From Pseudomonadota bacterium (GTDB taxonomy: Bacteria > Pseudomonadota > Gammaproteobacteria > Burkholderiales > Burkholderiaceae_C), in contig JAZKFI010000036.1 in the NCBI GenBank assembly GCA_040386575.1, positions 37,716-101,715 of the forward strand: a stretch of DNA of 64,000 bases, read 5' to 3'. Every line of letters starts with the position of its first letter. The first letter of the stretch is position 1. Of the stretch, positions 1 through 9,128 are shown piece by piece. A program made the position numbers and the translations under genes. A model generated the notes under the pieces. That model did no database searches. It was not told the origin of the DNA and saw only the letters and a list, made by a program, of their open reading frames with translations.

Positions 1-666
1 CTGGCCGGCGCCCGCCACTTCGTGGTGGAACACTTCGACCGGGATGCCCAGCGATTCGAGGATCAGGGAGATTTCGGCGCGCAGGTCTTGCGTGCTGTCA
101 ACCGGGGGAACGGGGAAATAGCCGCCCTTGACGGTCGGGCGATGGCCCTTGTTGCCGCCTTCGAGCTTCTTGCCGGTGTTCCACGGTGCTTCGTAGTCGT
201 CGACCTTGAAGAACGAGCCGGACATGTCATTGCCCCAGCGCACGTCGTCGAAGATGAAGAATTCGGGTTCCGGTCCGAAGTAGGCGGTGTCGCCCAGGCC
301 GGATGCCTTCAGGTAGGCCTCTGCGCGGCGAGCGATGGAACGCGGGTCGCGGTCGTAGGCCTTGCCGTCGCCCGGCTCGAGCACGTCGCACGACATGAAC
401 AGCGTCGTCTCTTCGAAGAACGGGTCGATGTTGGCGGTGTTGGGGTCCGGCATGAGCAGCATGTCGGAGGCTTCGATACCCTTCCAGCCGGCGATAGACG
501 AACCGTCGAACGCGTGGCCGGCGGAAAACTTGTCTTCATCGAAGTGCGAAACTGGCACGGTCACGTGCTGCTCTTTGCCGCGGGTGTCGGTGAAACGGAA
601 ATCGACGAATTTGACTTCGTTTTCCTTCACCATCTTCATGACGTCTGCGACGTTCTTGGCTGCCAT
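1..666 (-). CDS. glnA: Glutamine synthetase type I, N-terminal part (gene runs off the left edge of the window)
   Basis: The reverse translation from ATG (complement 664-666) reads [38 protein letters not shown]...[18 protein letters not shown], a GlnA N-terminus. It is absent from the ORF track because there is no stop codon in the window. A sigma54 promoter lies upstream. Confidence 0.9.
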   Translation of the reverse strand, partial: MAAKNVADVMKMVKENEVKFVDFRFTDTRGKEQHVTVPVSHFDEDKFSAGHAFDGSSIAGWKGIEASDMLLMPDPNTANIDPFFEETTLFMSCDVLEPGDGKAYDRDPRSIARRAEAYLKASGLGDTAYFGPEPEFFIFDDVRWGNDMSGSFFKVDDYEAPWNTGKKLEGGNKGHRPTVKGGYFPVPPVDSTQDLRAEISLILESLGIPVEVFHHEVAGAGQ

Positions 667-714
667 CAAGGTTCTCCTGGTTGCGTGGTTGTCAAATCGT
701 ATCGGGTACGGGAA

Positions 715-730
715 TGCAGTTTCTGTGCCA
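715..730 (-). promoter_or_regulatory. Candidate sigma54 (-24/-12) promoter for glnA
   Basis: The minus strand reads TGGCACAGAAACTGCA (GG-N10-GC, consensus TGGCAC-N5-TTGCA), about 50 nt upstream of the glnA ATG. Confidence 0.6.
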
Positions 731-824
731 AAGCTGGTGCATGCCGCAGCGCGTAAAGCTGGGCGATTGTCCCTGACTTTGACTGCTTTTCGCTACAGGC
801 GCGTTGCTGTTTTGGATGAGCAAT

Positions 825-867
825 GCACTGTTATTGTGCGAAGTCAAGTATGCACTTGTATGGTGCA
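825..867. promoter_or_regulatory. Two candidate NtrC enhancer sites upstream of glnA
   Basis: TGCACTTGTATGGTGCA (851-867) and TGCACTGTTATTGTGCG (825-841) resemble the NtrC consensus TGCACC-N5-GGTGCA. They lie about 100-140 bp upstream of the sigma54 element. Confidence 0.5.
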
Positions 868-873
868 GCTACC

Positions 874-1704
874 TTATCGCACCAATTCGGGGCCCAGCCT
901 GACTCCGAAGGCCTTCAAGCCTTCGAGAAGATGGGGGTAAGCCGCGTCGACAAGGCCAGGGTCGCCCTTCACGCCCAGGTCGATGTGCCGCCCGTATTGG
1001 GGATGGTCCACACTCGGCAGGCTGAACACCTTGACGCCGGGGTGGCTGCGCTCGATGTCTTCCATCAGCGGCGTCAGCGACGCCTCCATCGCGCCGAACA
1101 CGATCACGGACTTTTCGACGTAGGCTTTCTCGCGAAATAGCGCGCGGTACTGCGTATCGAGCACCCATTCCATCATCGGCCAAGCCATCACCGGGAACCC
1201 CGGGACGAAGTGCACATCGCCCACCGTGAAGCCCGGGATCTTGTTATAGGGATTGGGAATGATCGCCGCGCCCTTGGGGAACACGCCCATGTTCAGGCGA
1301 TGGATGTTGTCCGGGCGGTCGGGTTCGTAGGTCGTGCCCTGCTCCCGGGCCGTGTCCTGCATGCGTTCGCGGATCAGTGCTTCGGCGTCAGGATGAAGTT
1401 CAAGCGCCACGCCCAATGCACGGCCTGCACACTGCCGCGTGTGATCGTCGGGGGTTGCTCCGATTCCGCCGCACGAGAACACGACATCGCCGGATTCGAA
1501 CGCACGCCGAAGCGTTGCGGTGATGCGCTCGGGCGAATCGCCCACGTACTCGGCCCATGAAAGCTGCAGGCCGCGCGCGGCGAGCAGCTCGATCACTTTG
1601 GGCATGTGCTTGTCGGCCCGCTTGCCCGACAGGATTTCGTCGCCGACGATGATGAGGCCGAAATCGCGTGTTTCAGGCTGGGGGTTGTTCTGCTGGGGCG
1701 TCAT
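874..1704 (-). CDS. CinA-like / MoCF-biosynthesis (molybdopterin-binding) domain protein
   Basis: 276-aa ORF. The N-terminus FGLIIVGDEILSGKRADKHMP...CGGIGATPDDHT is the MoaB/MogA/CinA-type fold signature. Confidence 0.7.
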   Translation of the reverse strand: MTPQQNNPQPETRDFGLIIVGDEILSGKRADKHMPKVIELLAARGLQLSWAEYVGDSPERITATLRRAFESGDVVFSCGGIGATPDDHTRQCAGRALGVALELHPDAEALIRERMQDTAREQGTTYEPDRPDNIHRLNMGVFPKGAAIIPNPYNKIPGFTVGDVHFVPGFPVMAWPMMEWVLDTQYRALFREKAYVEKSVIVFGAMEASLTPLMEDIERSHPGVKVFSLPSVDHPQYGRHIDLGVKGDPGLVDAAYPHLLEGLKAFGVRLGPELVR

Positions 1705-2560
1705 GGGGCAATGCTACTGGAGCGGGCCCCTGTGGGTATGACAGGGGTCTTACAGCCGCTTCGGCCTCCTCGGCGCGCATCGCCTGCAGTGCAGCGAGGC
1801 AGTAGTGGGCAAACCAGAGTGACGCGAACGCAAAGACCAGCGTGTAGATCCAGATGGCGACCGGGGCCAGCACCACGAACGCGACCACGAACAGCGCGCT
1901 CGATGCCCACACGATGCTCGGCGCTGCACCCAGGAATCCGCAGATCACGCCGATCGACAGAAGCCACGTCCTGTGCCGGCGAAACAGCGCGCGCCGCTCG
2001 TCCTTGCTGGCGTGTTCAGAAAGCGCATCGAACGCCATCACCCGGTAGGTCAGCCAACCCCAGATGAGCGGCGGCAACACGAGCACCAGGGGCGGAATCA
2101 ACCACAGCGGCAAGCTCACGATGAATGCGACGAGGGCCAGCATGGTCGAGCCGAGCGACCATGCAACGCTGGCGGCCAGCGAACCGCCGCGCTTTTTCTC
2201 GAGCTGGGGAAACCGGCGCTCGGCCACCATCGCCGCCAGCGCCGGGCCCATGAATGCCGCCACGAACAGCAGCGACATGAGCACGATCACAGGCGTCGTC
2301 GCGAACACCACGATGAGTGGAGCCGCCACTGTCTTGAGATTGCCCACACCCACGCCCTGCAGCCAGCTCCACACGCTGACCAGCAGCTCGGAGGTCTCCA
2401 GCCACGTCCGAACGCCCTCGATCGCACCTTCCCAGAAAAAATAGCCGAATCCCAGCGCCACCGCAAACATGATCGCCAGCGGCAGGAAAGACAGCGCGAT
2501 CACGCGGGGGTGCAGGCAGTACGCCACCGCGCGCCAGAAAGAGTCGAGAAGAAGGTTCAT
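1673..2560 (-). CDS. EI24/CysZ-like integral membrane protein
   Basis: 295-aa ORF with multiple hydrophobic helices. Its overall pattern resembles EI24-domain proteins of Burkholderiales. Its 3' end overlaps the next gene by 32 nt. Confidence 0.55.
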   Translation of the reverse strand: MNLLLDSFWRAVAYCLHPRVIALSFLPLAIMFAVALGFGYFFWEGAIEGVRTWLETSELLVSVWSWLQGVGVGNLKTVAAPLIVVFATTPVIVLMSLLFVAAFMGPALAAMVAERRFPQLEKKRGGSLAASVAWSLGSTMLALVAFIVSLPLWLIPPLVLVLPPLIWGWLTYRVMAFDALSEHASKDERRALFRRHRTWLLSIGVICGFLGAAPSIVWASSALFVVAFVVLAPVAIWIYTLVFAFASLWFAHYCLAALQAMRAEEAEAAVRPLSYPQGPAPVALPHDAPAEQPPA

Positions 2561-2580
2561 GCGCCGGTAACATCCTTTCG

Positions 2581-3363
2581 ATGGAAATTGTTCAGGTCAA
2601 AGGCGTGGGGCTCGAAGTGCAGCGGATAGAGGCCCCCGCTACAACTTCCGGTGCCACCCTCGCTCCAATCATTTTCCTCCACGAAGGACTGGGCTCGGTT
2701 GCGATGTGGCGGGACTGGCCCGCAAAAGTGTGCGCGGCGACGGGTCGCGCAGGCGTCGTGTACTCGCGCAGGGGCTACGGCCAATCAGAAGGCGTCGCGG
2801 ATGTGCGCGGCAGCGGACGCCTGTCGCCGGACTACATGCACCGCGAGGCGCTCGAAGTCTTGCCGGCGCTGCTGGATGAGTTGCAGATCGAGTCACCCGT
2901 GCTGCTGGGTCACTCGGACGGAGGAACCATCGCCCTGCTCCACGCGGCGCACGTCGGCGCGACCGCCTGCATCGTGATGGCGCCGCATGTGATTGTCGAA
3001 GAGCTGTCGGTCCGGTCCATCCAGGAGATTCGCGGCGCGTTTGAAACCGAAGGCCTGCGCGAACGCCTCCAGCGATTCCACCGCGATGTGGACGTGGCGT
3101 TCTGGCAGTGGAATGACGTCTGGTTGAGCGACGGGTTCCGCTCGTTTGACATCCGTCCCGACTGCCGACAGATCAAGGCACCGGTTTTGGCGATGCAAGG
3201 CGCTGATGACGCGTACGGCACGCTGGTTCAGATCGACGAGATCGCACCAACCCTGGGGCCGTTTCGCAAGGTGGTCCTGCAGGCATGCGGCCACTCGCCG
3301 CATCGCGACCAGCCCGCGCAAACCATAGAGCTGGTCACCGCGTTTCTGGCTCAGCTGCCTTGA
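2581..3363 (+). CDS. Alpha/beta-fold hydrolase
   Basis: 260 aa with IIFLHEGLGS (oxyanion region), the nucleophile elbow LLGHSDGG and a C-terminal GHSPH. Confidence 0.75.
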   Translation: MEIVQVKGVGLEVQRIEAPATTSGATLAPIIFLHEGLGSVAMWRDWPAKVCAATGRAGVVYSRRGYGQSEGVADVRGSGRLSPDYMHREALEVLPALLDELQIESPVLLGHSDGGTIALLHAAHVGATACIVMAPHVIVEELSVRSIQEIRGAFETEGLRERLQRFHRDVDVAFWQWNDVWLSDGFRSFDIRPDCRQIKAPVLAMQGADDAYGTLVQIDEIAPTLGPFRKVVLQACGHSPHRDQPAQTIELVTAFLAQLP

Positions 3364-4102
3364 CAGGCGCCGGTGATTTCACCGGCTTCAACGCATCCAG
3401 GTCCGCTTGCGACAACCAGCGCCATTGACCGGGCGCCATGTATTCAGGCAGCACGAGATCGCCGATGCGCGAACGATGCAGCGTCTCGACGCGATTGCTC
3501 ACGGCTGCCAGCATGCGCTTGACCTGGTGGTACTTGCCTTCGGTCAGCGTCAGGCGCAGGGAACACTCGCCCGTCTGTTCGCAGGCGGCTGCGCGAACCG
3601 GCTTCGGGTCGTCGTCGAGCACCACGCCTTCGAGCAGGCGGGCCACCTGCTTTTCATCGACCGGGTGTTTGGTCCCCACTTCATAAACCTTGGGCACATG
3701 GTGCCGGGGTGAATTCATGCGGTGGATGAACTGGCCGTCGTCGGTGAGCAGCAGCAATCCGGTGGTGTCCTGGTCCAGCCGGCCCACGGCCTGCACGCCC
3801 TGCACCGCGCCCTTTTGCGGACGCTGCCGCAGCGGTGCGGGCAGCAAGGTGTAGATGCTCGGGTAGGTGGAAGGCTTTTGCGAACACTCCGTGCCTGCAG
3901 GCTTGTTCAGCATCAGGTAAGCCAGTTCGTGATAGCTCCAGGGAACGCCACTGACGGTGAACGCGAGGCCCTCGGGATCGAAGTCGCGCGATGCATCGGT
4001 GACCGGCTCGCCGCCCACCGTCACATGGCCTTGCTGTACCAGGCCCGCACAGACGCGGCGCGTCCCGAAACCTTGCGAGTAAAGAATTTCCTGCAGTTGC
4101 AT
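3335..4102 (-). CDS. rsuA: 16S rRNA pseudouridine synthase (RsuA family)
   Basis: 255 aa with an S4-like N-terminus, the catalytic motif GRLDQDTTGLLLLTDDG, and SPRHHVPKVY and EGKYHQVKRM, all typical of RsuA/RluB/E/F. Confidence 0.7.
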   Translation of the reverse strand: MQLQEILYSQGFGTRRVCAGLVQQGHVTVGGEPVTDASRDFDPEGLAFTVSGVPWSYHELAYLMLNKPAGTECSQKPSTYPSIYTLLPAPLRQRPQKGAVQGVQAVGRLDQDTTGLLLLTDDGQFIHRMNSPRHHVPKVYEVGTKHPVDEKQVARLLEGVVLDDDPKPVRAAACEQTGECSLRLTLTEGKYHQVKRMLAAVSNRVETLHRSRIGDLVLPEYMAPGQWRWLSQADLDALKPVKSPAPVKAAEPETR

Positions 4103-4108
4103 TGCGGA

Positions 4109-4411
4109 TCAGCGCGCGTGTTCGTAGCGTGCAACCCGGCGTTCGAGCGGCGACAACTCCCTGCCCACCGCGTGCAGTTGCGCATAGAGCGCCTGACGGT
4201 TCCACACGTTCGGCTCGTTCGCGATGCGCATGCGAATCTCGTTGCGCTGCAACTGCAACTGCGCGGTGCGCTCACTGAGGGCGACTGCGTCGGCGGACGC
4301 GATGACGGGTTTGGGCTGCGGCTGGGTTGGGTCGTAGCTCCAGGCCTGCGGCGGCACGACTGCGCAGCCCGATACAAAAGCAACGGCGATCAGGGCAATA
4401 ACAACACGCAT
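4109..4411 (-). CDS. Small hypothetical lipoprotein
   Basis: 100 aa with a signal peptide and lipobox (MRVVIALIAVAFVSGC). Confidence 0.55.
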   Translation of the reverse strand: MRVVIALIAVAFVSGCAVVPPQAWSYDPTQPQPKPVIASADAVALSERTAQLQLQRNEIRMRIANEPNVWNRQALYAQLHAVGRELSPLERRVARYEHAR

Positions 4412-4479
4412 GGCAACTCCTCATCGATGTGGGTTTTTGATCTTAGCTGCGCGGCACGTCCCGCAGCGCTCGACAGGCG

Positions 4480-5241
4480 TCACGCCCCATGGCACTTCTT
4501 GAATTTCTTGCCGCTGCCGCAGGGACACGGATCGTTGCGCCCCGGCGTGTCGGCGCGGCGCGCCTGTTCGACGCGCGGACCCAGGCTCTTCCATAGCTGC
4601 CGCAAGTCGTACACCGCCCAGATCGCGGCACCGAAGTCATTGAGCCGCTCATCGCTGATGCTGGGAGGGCCATCTTCGGCGAACATCGAAATTGTCGGCT
4701 TGCCGCGATCGTCTTCCGTCAGGGCAACGATGGCAGCCAGTGCGTCATCAAGCATTGCAGCCGCTTGCGCGTCACGTGGCGCCGCCCAATCCTCGGGCCA
4801 TGTTTCCACCGCATACATGAAACCGATGGCCCAAACCTGCGCGTAGGCAGGTAGCGTGTCCAGCGGTGTATCTGCGCGTTCGGCCTCGGGCAACGAGAGC
4901 ACCGCGCCGCGCGTGTCCAGCACTTCGGGCTGATAGGTGCGGTCGTCGTCCAGCTGTTCGACGGGCGCATCGAGCGAGGCTGCAACTTCGGCCCAGCGAC
5001 GCTTCCAGCGCAAGACGAATTCCATCTGGCTCATCGGCTGGAAGGTGTCGCCCAGCAGCACCGGCCAGTACTCATCAGGCTCGATGGCCCGGCGCGAACA
5101 GATCAGCGCCGCCAGGAATCCTTCGCAAAACTCCCACTGCGGAATTTCGTCATCGTGCTCGCGCATGGCGTCGAGCGCTGCGTCCTGTGCATCAAACTCG
5201 TCGGCGGTCAGTGGCGCGCTGCCTGTTTCGGTCTCATTCAT
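4480..5241 (-). CDS. YecA/UPF0149 family protein with a SEC-C metal-binding motif
   Basis: 253 aa with an acidic N-terminal part and the C-terminal CPCGSGKKFKKCHG SEC-C motif. Confidence 0.75.
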   Translation of the reverse strand: MNETETGSAPLTADEFDAQDAALDAMREHDDEIPQWEFCEGFLAALICSRRAIEPDEYWPVLLGDTFQPMSQMEFVLRWKRRWAEVAASLDAPVEQLDDDRTYQPEVLDTRGAVLSLPEAERADTPLDTLPAYAQVWAIGFMYAVETWPEDWAAPRDAQAAAMLDDALAAIVALTEDDRGKPTISMFAEDGPPSISDERLNDFGAAIWAVYDLRQLWKSLGPRVEQARRADTPGRNDPCPCGSGKKFKKCHGA

Positions 5242-5285
5242 CGAAGGCGATTGTACGAGCGACGCACAACCGCCTGCGGTGTCGC

Positions 5286-8200
5286 TCAGACGTAATCGAG
5301 CCCCGTCTCATGCAGCCCCGCCAACCCGATGTTCAGGGCATTCAGCGGCAACTCTGCAACGATCACACCCATCTGAGCCTGGGTCAGGTAGCCGGCGTCC
5401 AGCACGCCGGTGTAGTAGTTGTGGTCGGCCTGCGATGGTGCTGAATGCGCGAGGTTGGTGTACAGCAAATCGAACACGGCGCCGTTGGAGGCGCCCGCGC
5501 CCAGGCGTGCTTCCAGTGCGTAGGCCATCAGCGTTTCGTAGCTCATGCCGGCGTCGAGTGCGCCCAGAGCGATGCCTACGATCGAAGGCAGTGCCGCCGT
5601 GCCAACCACCGCACCCAGCACCTTGGCCGCGATCCCTGCGTTGCCATCGAGGTCCAGCGCCACCTTGGTGTCGGAGAACGAAAGACGCTCGACATTCACC
5701 ATCGCGTCGATCGCGAGCGAACCATCGTTCTTGTAGATCGCGTAGATATCGCCCACATGGAAGAGCGAATGCGCCGCGCGCGGCCCGGTATACGACACCG
5801 TGTCGATGTCTTGCGTGCCGAACACAAAGTCGTTGGTGGGCGAGGCGCCCAGATCGAACAGGTTCGACTGGCCGCTGCTCCCCGCCTTCACATGACGGAA
5901 GTAATCGGCCGAATTCGTGGGCTCGTCATTGCTCAGGATCGAAATCGTGGCATCAGGCCTATCGAGCGTGGCATTGACCACGCCGTACGAACGCATGGTG
6001 AGCGACTGCAGCGGCTCTGCGGTGACGTCGTTGACGATGCTGACCTGCACGACCTTGCTCGTCTCACCTGGAGCGAAGGCGATCTTTCCGCTCTGGTAGA
6101 CGTAATCGGCGCCGTAGCTCGCAGAACCTGAGTAGAGCTCGTAGTTGACCGACACCAGGGACAGGCTCGGCGCGTTGAGCGACATGGTGATGTAGCCGAT
6201 TGCGTCTTCTTCCGCCACATAGATGTCGGACGTATGGATCACCGGGTTAGCCGTGAACGGCGCATCGCTCGCCTCGATTCGCGCCACACCGGCGTTGTCG
6301 GCGATCGTGGCGCCGGAGGGGGAGCCCAGCACCAGCTTGAACATCTCGTCGGACTCCAGCCCTGTGTCGTTGATGATGGGGACACTCACCGTCCTGGCGG
6401 TCTCACCGGCCAGGAAAACCAGTGCACCGGATTGCGCGACGTAGTCGCTGCCCGCATAGGCAGACCCATCGGCCGTGGCGTATTGCACCGACACCGTTGA
6501 CGCAGAAGGACGGTCCAGGCGCACGATGAACTGGGCGACCTGCCCCGCCTCATCGATCACCAGGTCGGCAACCGAGATGGCAGGCGCGCCGCCCAACGGC
6601 GCAGCGACCGGCGTCTCGTTATCGATGATTGCAATGTGCGCGTTGCTGCGGCCGATGGCGCCATTGACAGGGCCGTACAGGGAAAACTGCACCTGCTCGG
6701 TCTGCTCGGCTACCGTGTCGTTGGGAATGCCGACCGCCACCTGCTTGCTCGTCTCGCCCGGTGCGAAGGACAAGGTGCCACTGGTGAAGATGTAGTCGGA
6801 GCCATAGCCAGCCGTGTCGGAGTTCAGCTCATAGCTCACCGACACCTGGGACAGACTCGGCGCGTTCAACGACACCGTCGCGAAAGCCCGGCCGTCAGCC
6901 TCGCTCACATACACGTCGGAGGCGGAAATCAACGGGTTGCTGCTCGCTGCCGAATCATTCGCATCGATGCGCGCAAAACCTGTCGCGTCGCCGAGCGTGC
7001 CACCGGTGACGCCTGCCAGCACAACCTTGAAGAGTTCGCTGGATTCGGCGATCCCGTCGTTGAAGATGGGCACGCTCACCGTTTTGGCTGTTTCACCGGC
7101 CAAGAACACGAGCGTCCCCGTCTGCGCGACGTAGTCGGTCCCGGCCGTCGCGGTCCCGTCGCCCGTTGCATATTGCACCGTCACGGCGTCGGTGCCGGGG
7201 CGGTCGAGCCGCACCACGAACTGCGCCATCTGCCCTGCCTCATCGACGACGAGGTCGGCAACCGAAACAGCGGGAGCGACACCCTGTGGGGCAGCGACGG
7301 GCGTTTCGTTGTCGATGATGGCAATGCTCGCATTGGTGCGGCCGATGACGCCGTTGACTGCGCCGTACAGGTTCAACTGGACGAGCTCGGTTTGTTCCAC
7401 CGTGGTGTCGTTGGGGATGCCGATGACCAACTGCTTGCTGGTCTCGCCAGCGGCAAACACCAGCGTGCCGCTCTGGAAAATGTAGTCGGAGCCGTAGGAG
7501 CCCGTATCGGAGTCGAGTTCGAATTGAACGGACACCTGCGACAGGCTCGGTGCGCTCAGGGAGACCGTCACATACGCCACGCCGTCTGCCTCGCTGACCT
7601 GGGTGTCGGATGCAGCAATCGTCGGCATCGCCGTTGCCGGCGCATCGTTGGCATCGATGCGTGCCACGCCGGTTGCGTCCCCAACCGTGCCGCCCGTCGC
7701 ACCGGACAGCACCATCCTGAATAGTTCGCCGGCCTCGGACGTCGCGTCATTGAGGATAGGCACGCTGATGGTCTTGGCGGTTTCGCCGGCGAGAAATACC
7801 AGGGTTCCACTCTGCGCAACGTAGTCGTCACCCGCCGTAGCCGTCATGTTGGCGGTTGCATACTGGACCGTCAGGGTGGAGGTGCCAGGCCGGTCGAGAC
7901 GTACGACAAAGTCGGCCATCTGCGCTGATTCGTCAACGACGAGATCCTGTACCGACACCACAGGAGCGGTACCCTGGGGCGCGGAAACGGGTGTCTCGTT
8001 GTCCACGATGACGATGCTGGAACTCGTGCGATCGATCACGCCATTGACCGCGCCGTAGAGGGAAAGGTGGAGGAGTTCGGTCTGCTCGGTGCCCACGTCG
8101 TTGGGAATGGAAACCGCGATCTGTTTGCTGGTGTCGCCCGGCGCAAAGATCAGCCTGCCACTCTGGAACACATAGTCCGAGCCATAACTGGCCGTATCCG

Positions 8201-9011
8201 AGTCGATCTCATAGTCCACCGAAACCTGCGACAGGCTGGGTGAGTTCAACGACACGGTGACATAAGCGACACCATCTGCTTCGCTCACAAAAACATCGCT
8301 CGCGTGGATGGATGGACTGACACTGGTTGGCCCATCGTTCGCGTCGATGCGAGCCACGCCGGTCGCGTCGCCCATCAGCACGCCAACGGGGTTCGCCAGC
8401 GTCAGCTTGAAAAGCTCGGAAGCTTCGACAGCCGAATCATTGATGAGGGGAACAGTAATGACCCGCGCAGTCTGACCCGCCTGGAAAACCAGGCTACCTG
8501 AGGTGGAGACGTAGTCACTGCCTGCGATGGCCGTCATGTCGGCCGTGGCGTAGTCCACCTGCACCGAACCGGTCGCCGGCCGGTCCAGCCTGACCAGGAA
8601 TGTCGCGGTCCCGGCCTTTTCATCGATCACGATGTCTTGCACCGAGACGGTTGAAAGCCCGTTCTGAGGTGCAGCAGTCGGGGTCTCGTTATCGACAACC
8701 ACAATGCTGGAAGAGGTACGGTCAATGACGGCGTTGACCGGGCTGTACATCGAGAAATACAGCAACTCGGTCGATTCAACCAGCAGGTCACCAACAATCG
8801 TCACCTGGACGGTCTTGCTGGTTTCGCCTGGCGCAAACGTCAGTGTGCCGCTTGTAAACACATAGTCAGAGCCATAGCTGGCAGTCCCCGAATCGATCTC
8901 ATAGCCGACCGTCACCTGGCTTGCGCTGGCTTCGCTGAGAGAAACCGTCACAAAAGCAGGTCCGTTGTTCTCGCTGATAAAAACGTCGGACACGCGGATA
9001 TATGTGGGCAT
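5286..9011 (-). CDS. Large Calx-beta repeat protein (about 9 Calx-beta domains plus a ~240-aa non-repeat C-terminal domain), probably secreted or surface-located
   Basis: 1241-aa ORF. It contains repeated ...GTA.AG.DY...SGTL.F.AGET.K...VPI.ND...E..E.F...L modules. There is no N-terminal signal peptide and the ORF starts directly inside a repeat. Confidence 0.8.
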   Translation of the reverse strand: MPTYIRVSDVFISENNGPAFVTVSLSEASASQVTVGYEIDSGTASYGSDYVFTSGTLTFAPGETSKTVQVTIVGDLLVESTELLYFSMYSPVNAVIDRTSSSIVVVDNETPTAAPQNGLSTVSVQDIVIDEKAGTATFLVRLDRPATGSVQVDYATADMTAIAGSDYVSTSGSLVFQAGQTARVITVPLINDSAVEASELFKLTLANPVGVLMGDATGVARIDANDGPTSVSPSIHASDVFVSEADGVAYVTVSLNSPSLSQVSVDYEIDSDTASYGSDYVFQSGRLIFAPGDTSKQIAVSIPNDVGTEQTELLHLSLYGAVNGVIDRTSSSIVIVDNETPVSAPQGTAPVVSVQDLVVDESAQMADFVVRLDRPGTSTLTVQYATANMTATAGDDYVAQSGTLVFLAGETAKTISVPILNDATSEAGELFRMVLSGATGGTVGDATGVARIDANDAPATAMPTIAASDTQVSEADGVAYVTVSLSAPSLSQVSVQFELDSDTGSYGSDYIFQSGTLVFAAGETSKQLVIGIPNDTTVEQTELVQLNLYGAVNGVIGRTNASIAIIDNETPVAAPQGVAPAVSVADLVVDEAGQMAQFVVRLDRPGTDAVTVQYATGDGTATAGTDYVAQTGTLVFLAGETAKTVSVPIFNDGIAESSELFKVVLAGVTGGTLGDATGFARIDANDSAASSNPLISASDVYVSEADGRAFATVSLNAPSLSQVSVSYELNSDTAGYGSDYIFTSGTLSFAPGETSKQVAVGIPNDTVAEQTEQVQFSLYGPVNGAIGRSNAHIAIIDNETPVAAPLGGAPAISVADLVIDEAGQVAQFIVRLDRPSASTVSVQYATADGSAYAGSDYVAQSGALVFLAGETARTVSVPIINDTGLESDEMFKLVLGSPSGATIADNAGVARIEASDAPFTANPVIHTSDIYVAEEDAIGYITMSLNAPSLSLVSVNYELYSGSASYGADYVYQSGKIAFAPGETSKVVQVSIVNDVTAEPLQSLTMRSYGVVNATLDRPDATISILSNDEPTNSADYFRHVKAGSSGQSNLFDLGASPTNDFVFGTQDIDTVSYTGPRAAHSLFHVGDIYAIYKNDGSLAIDAMVNVERLSFSDTKVALDLDGNAGIAAKVLGAVVGTAALPSIVGIALGALDAGMSYETLMAYALEARLGAGASNGAVFDLLYTNLAHSAPSQADHNYYTGVLDAGYLTQAQMGVIVAELPLNALNIGLAGLHETGLDYV
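6010..9011 (-). repeat. Intragenic tandem repeat, 690-bp (230-codon) period, about 4 full units plus a half unit
   Basis: The protein repeats as two-domain units. Antisense shadow ORFs end at 6444, 7134 and 7824, exactly 690 bp apart. Confidence 0.75.
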
Positions 9012-9128
9012 TGGATGACTCGTGCAACAAAGTGAGGCCGCGAGGGTACACAGCTTCGTTGCAACCTGGCTGTACCCAAGACGCTTGACACCCTGGCGCG
9101 ATGCGCCGGCACGACAGTACTTACGTGC

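Noticed and set aside
22-940. Plus-strand ORFs 22-756 and 362-940
   Set aside because: They lie antisense to the glnA N-terminal coding region and its promoter and show no motifs.
3335-3363. 29-bp convergent overlap of the hydrolase and rsuA 3' ends, and the 32-bp overlap at 1673-1704
   Set aside because: Both partners have solid family signatures and fixed stop codons. Short overlaps are common in compact high-GC genomes, and there is no sign of a frameshift or fusion.
6223-7824. Repeated 65-106-aa plus-strand ORFs with similar sequences (e.g. ...GTLTVLAVSPA...)
   Set aside because: They are antisense images of the 690-bp Calx-beta repeat units, not independent genes. I used them only to measure the repeat period.
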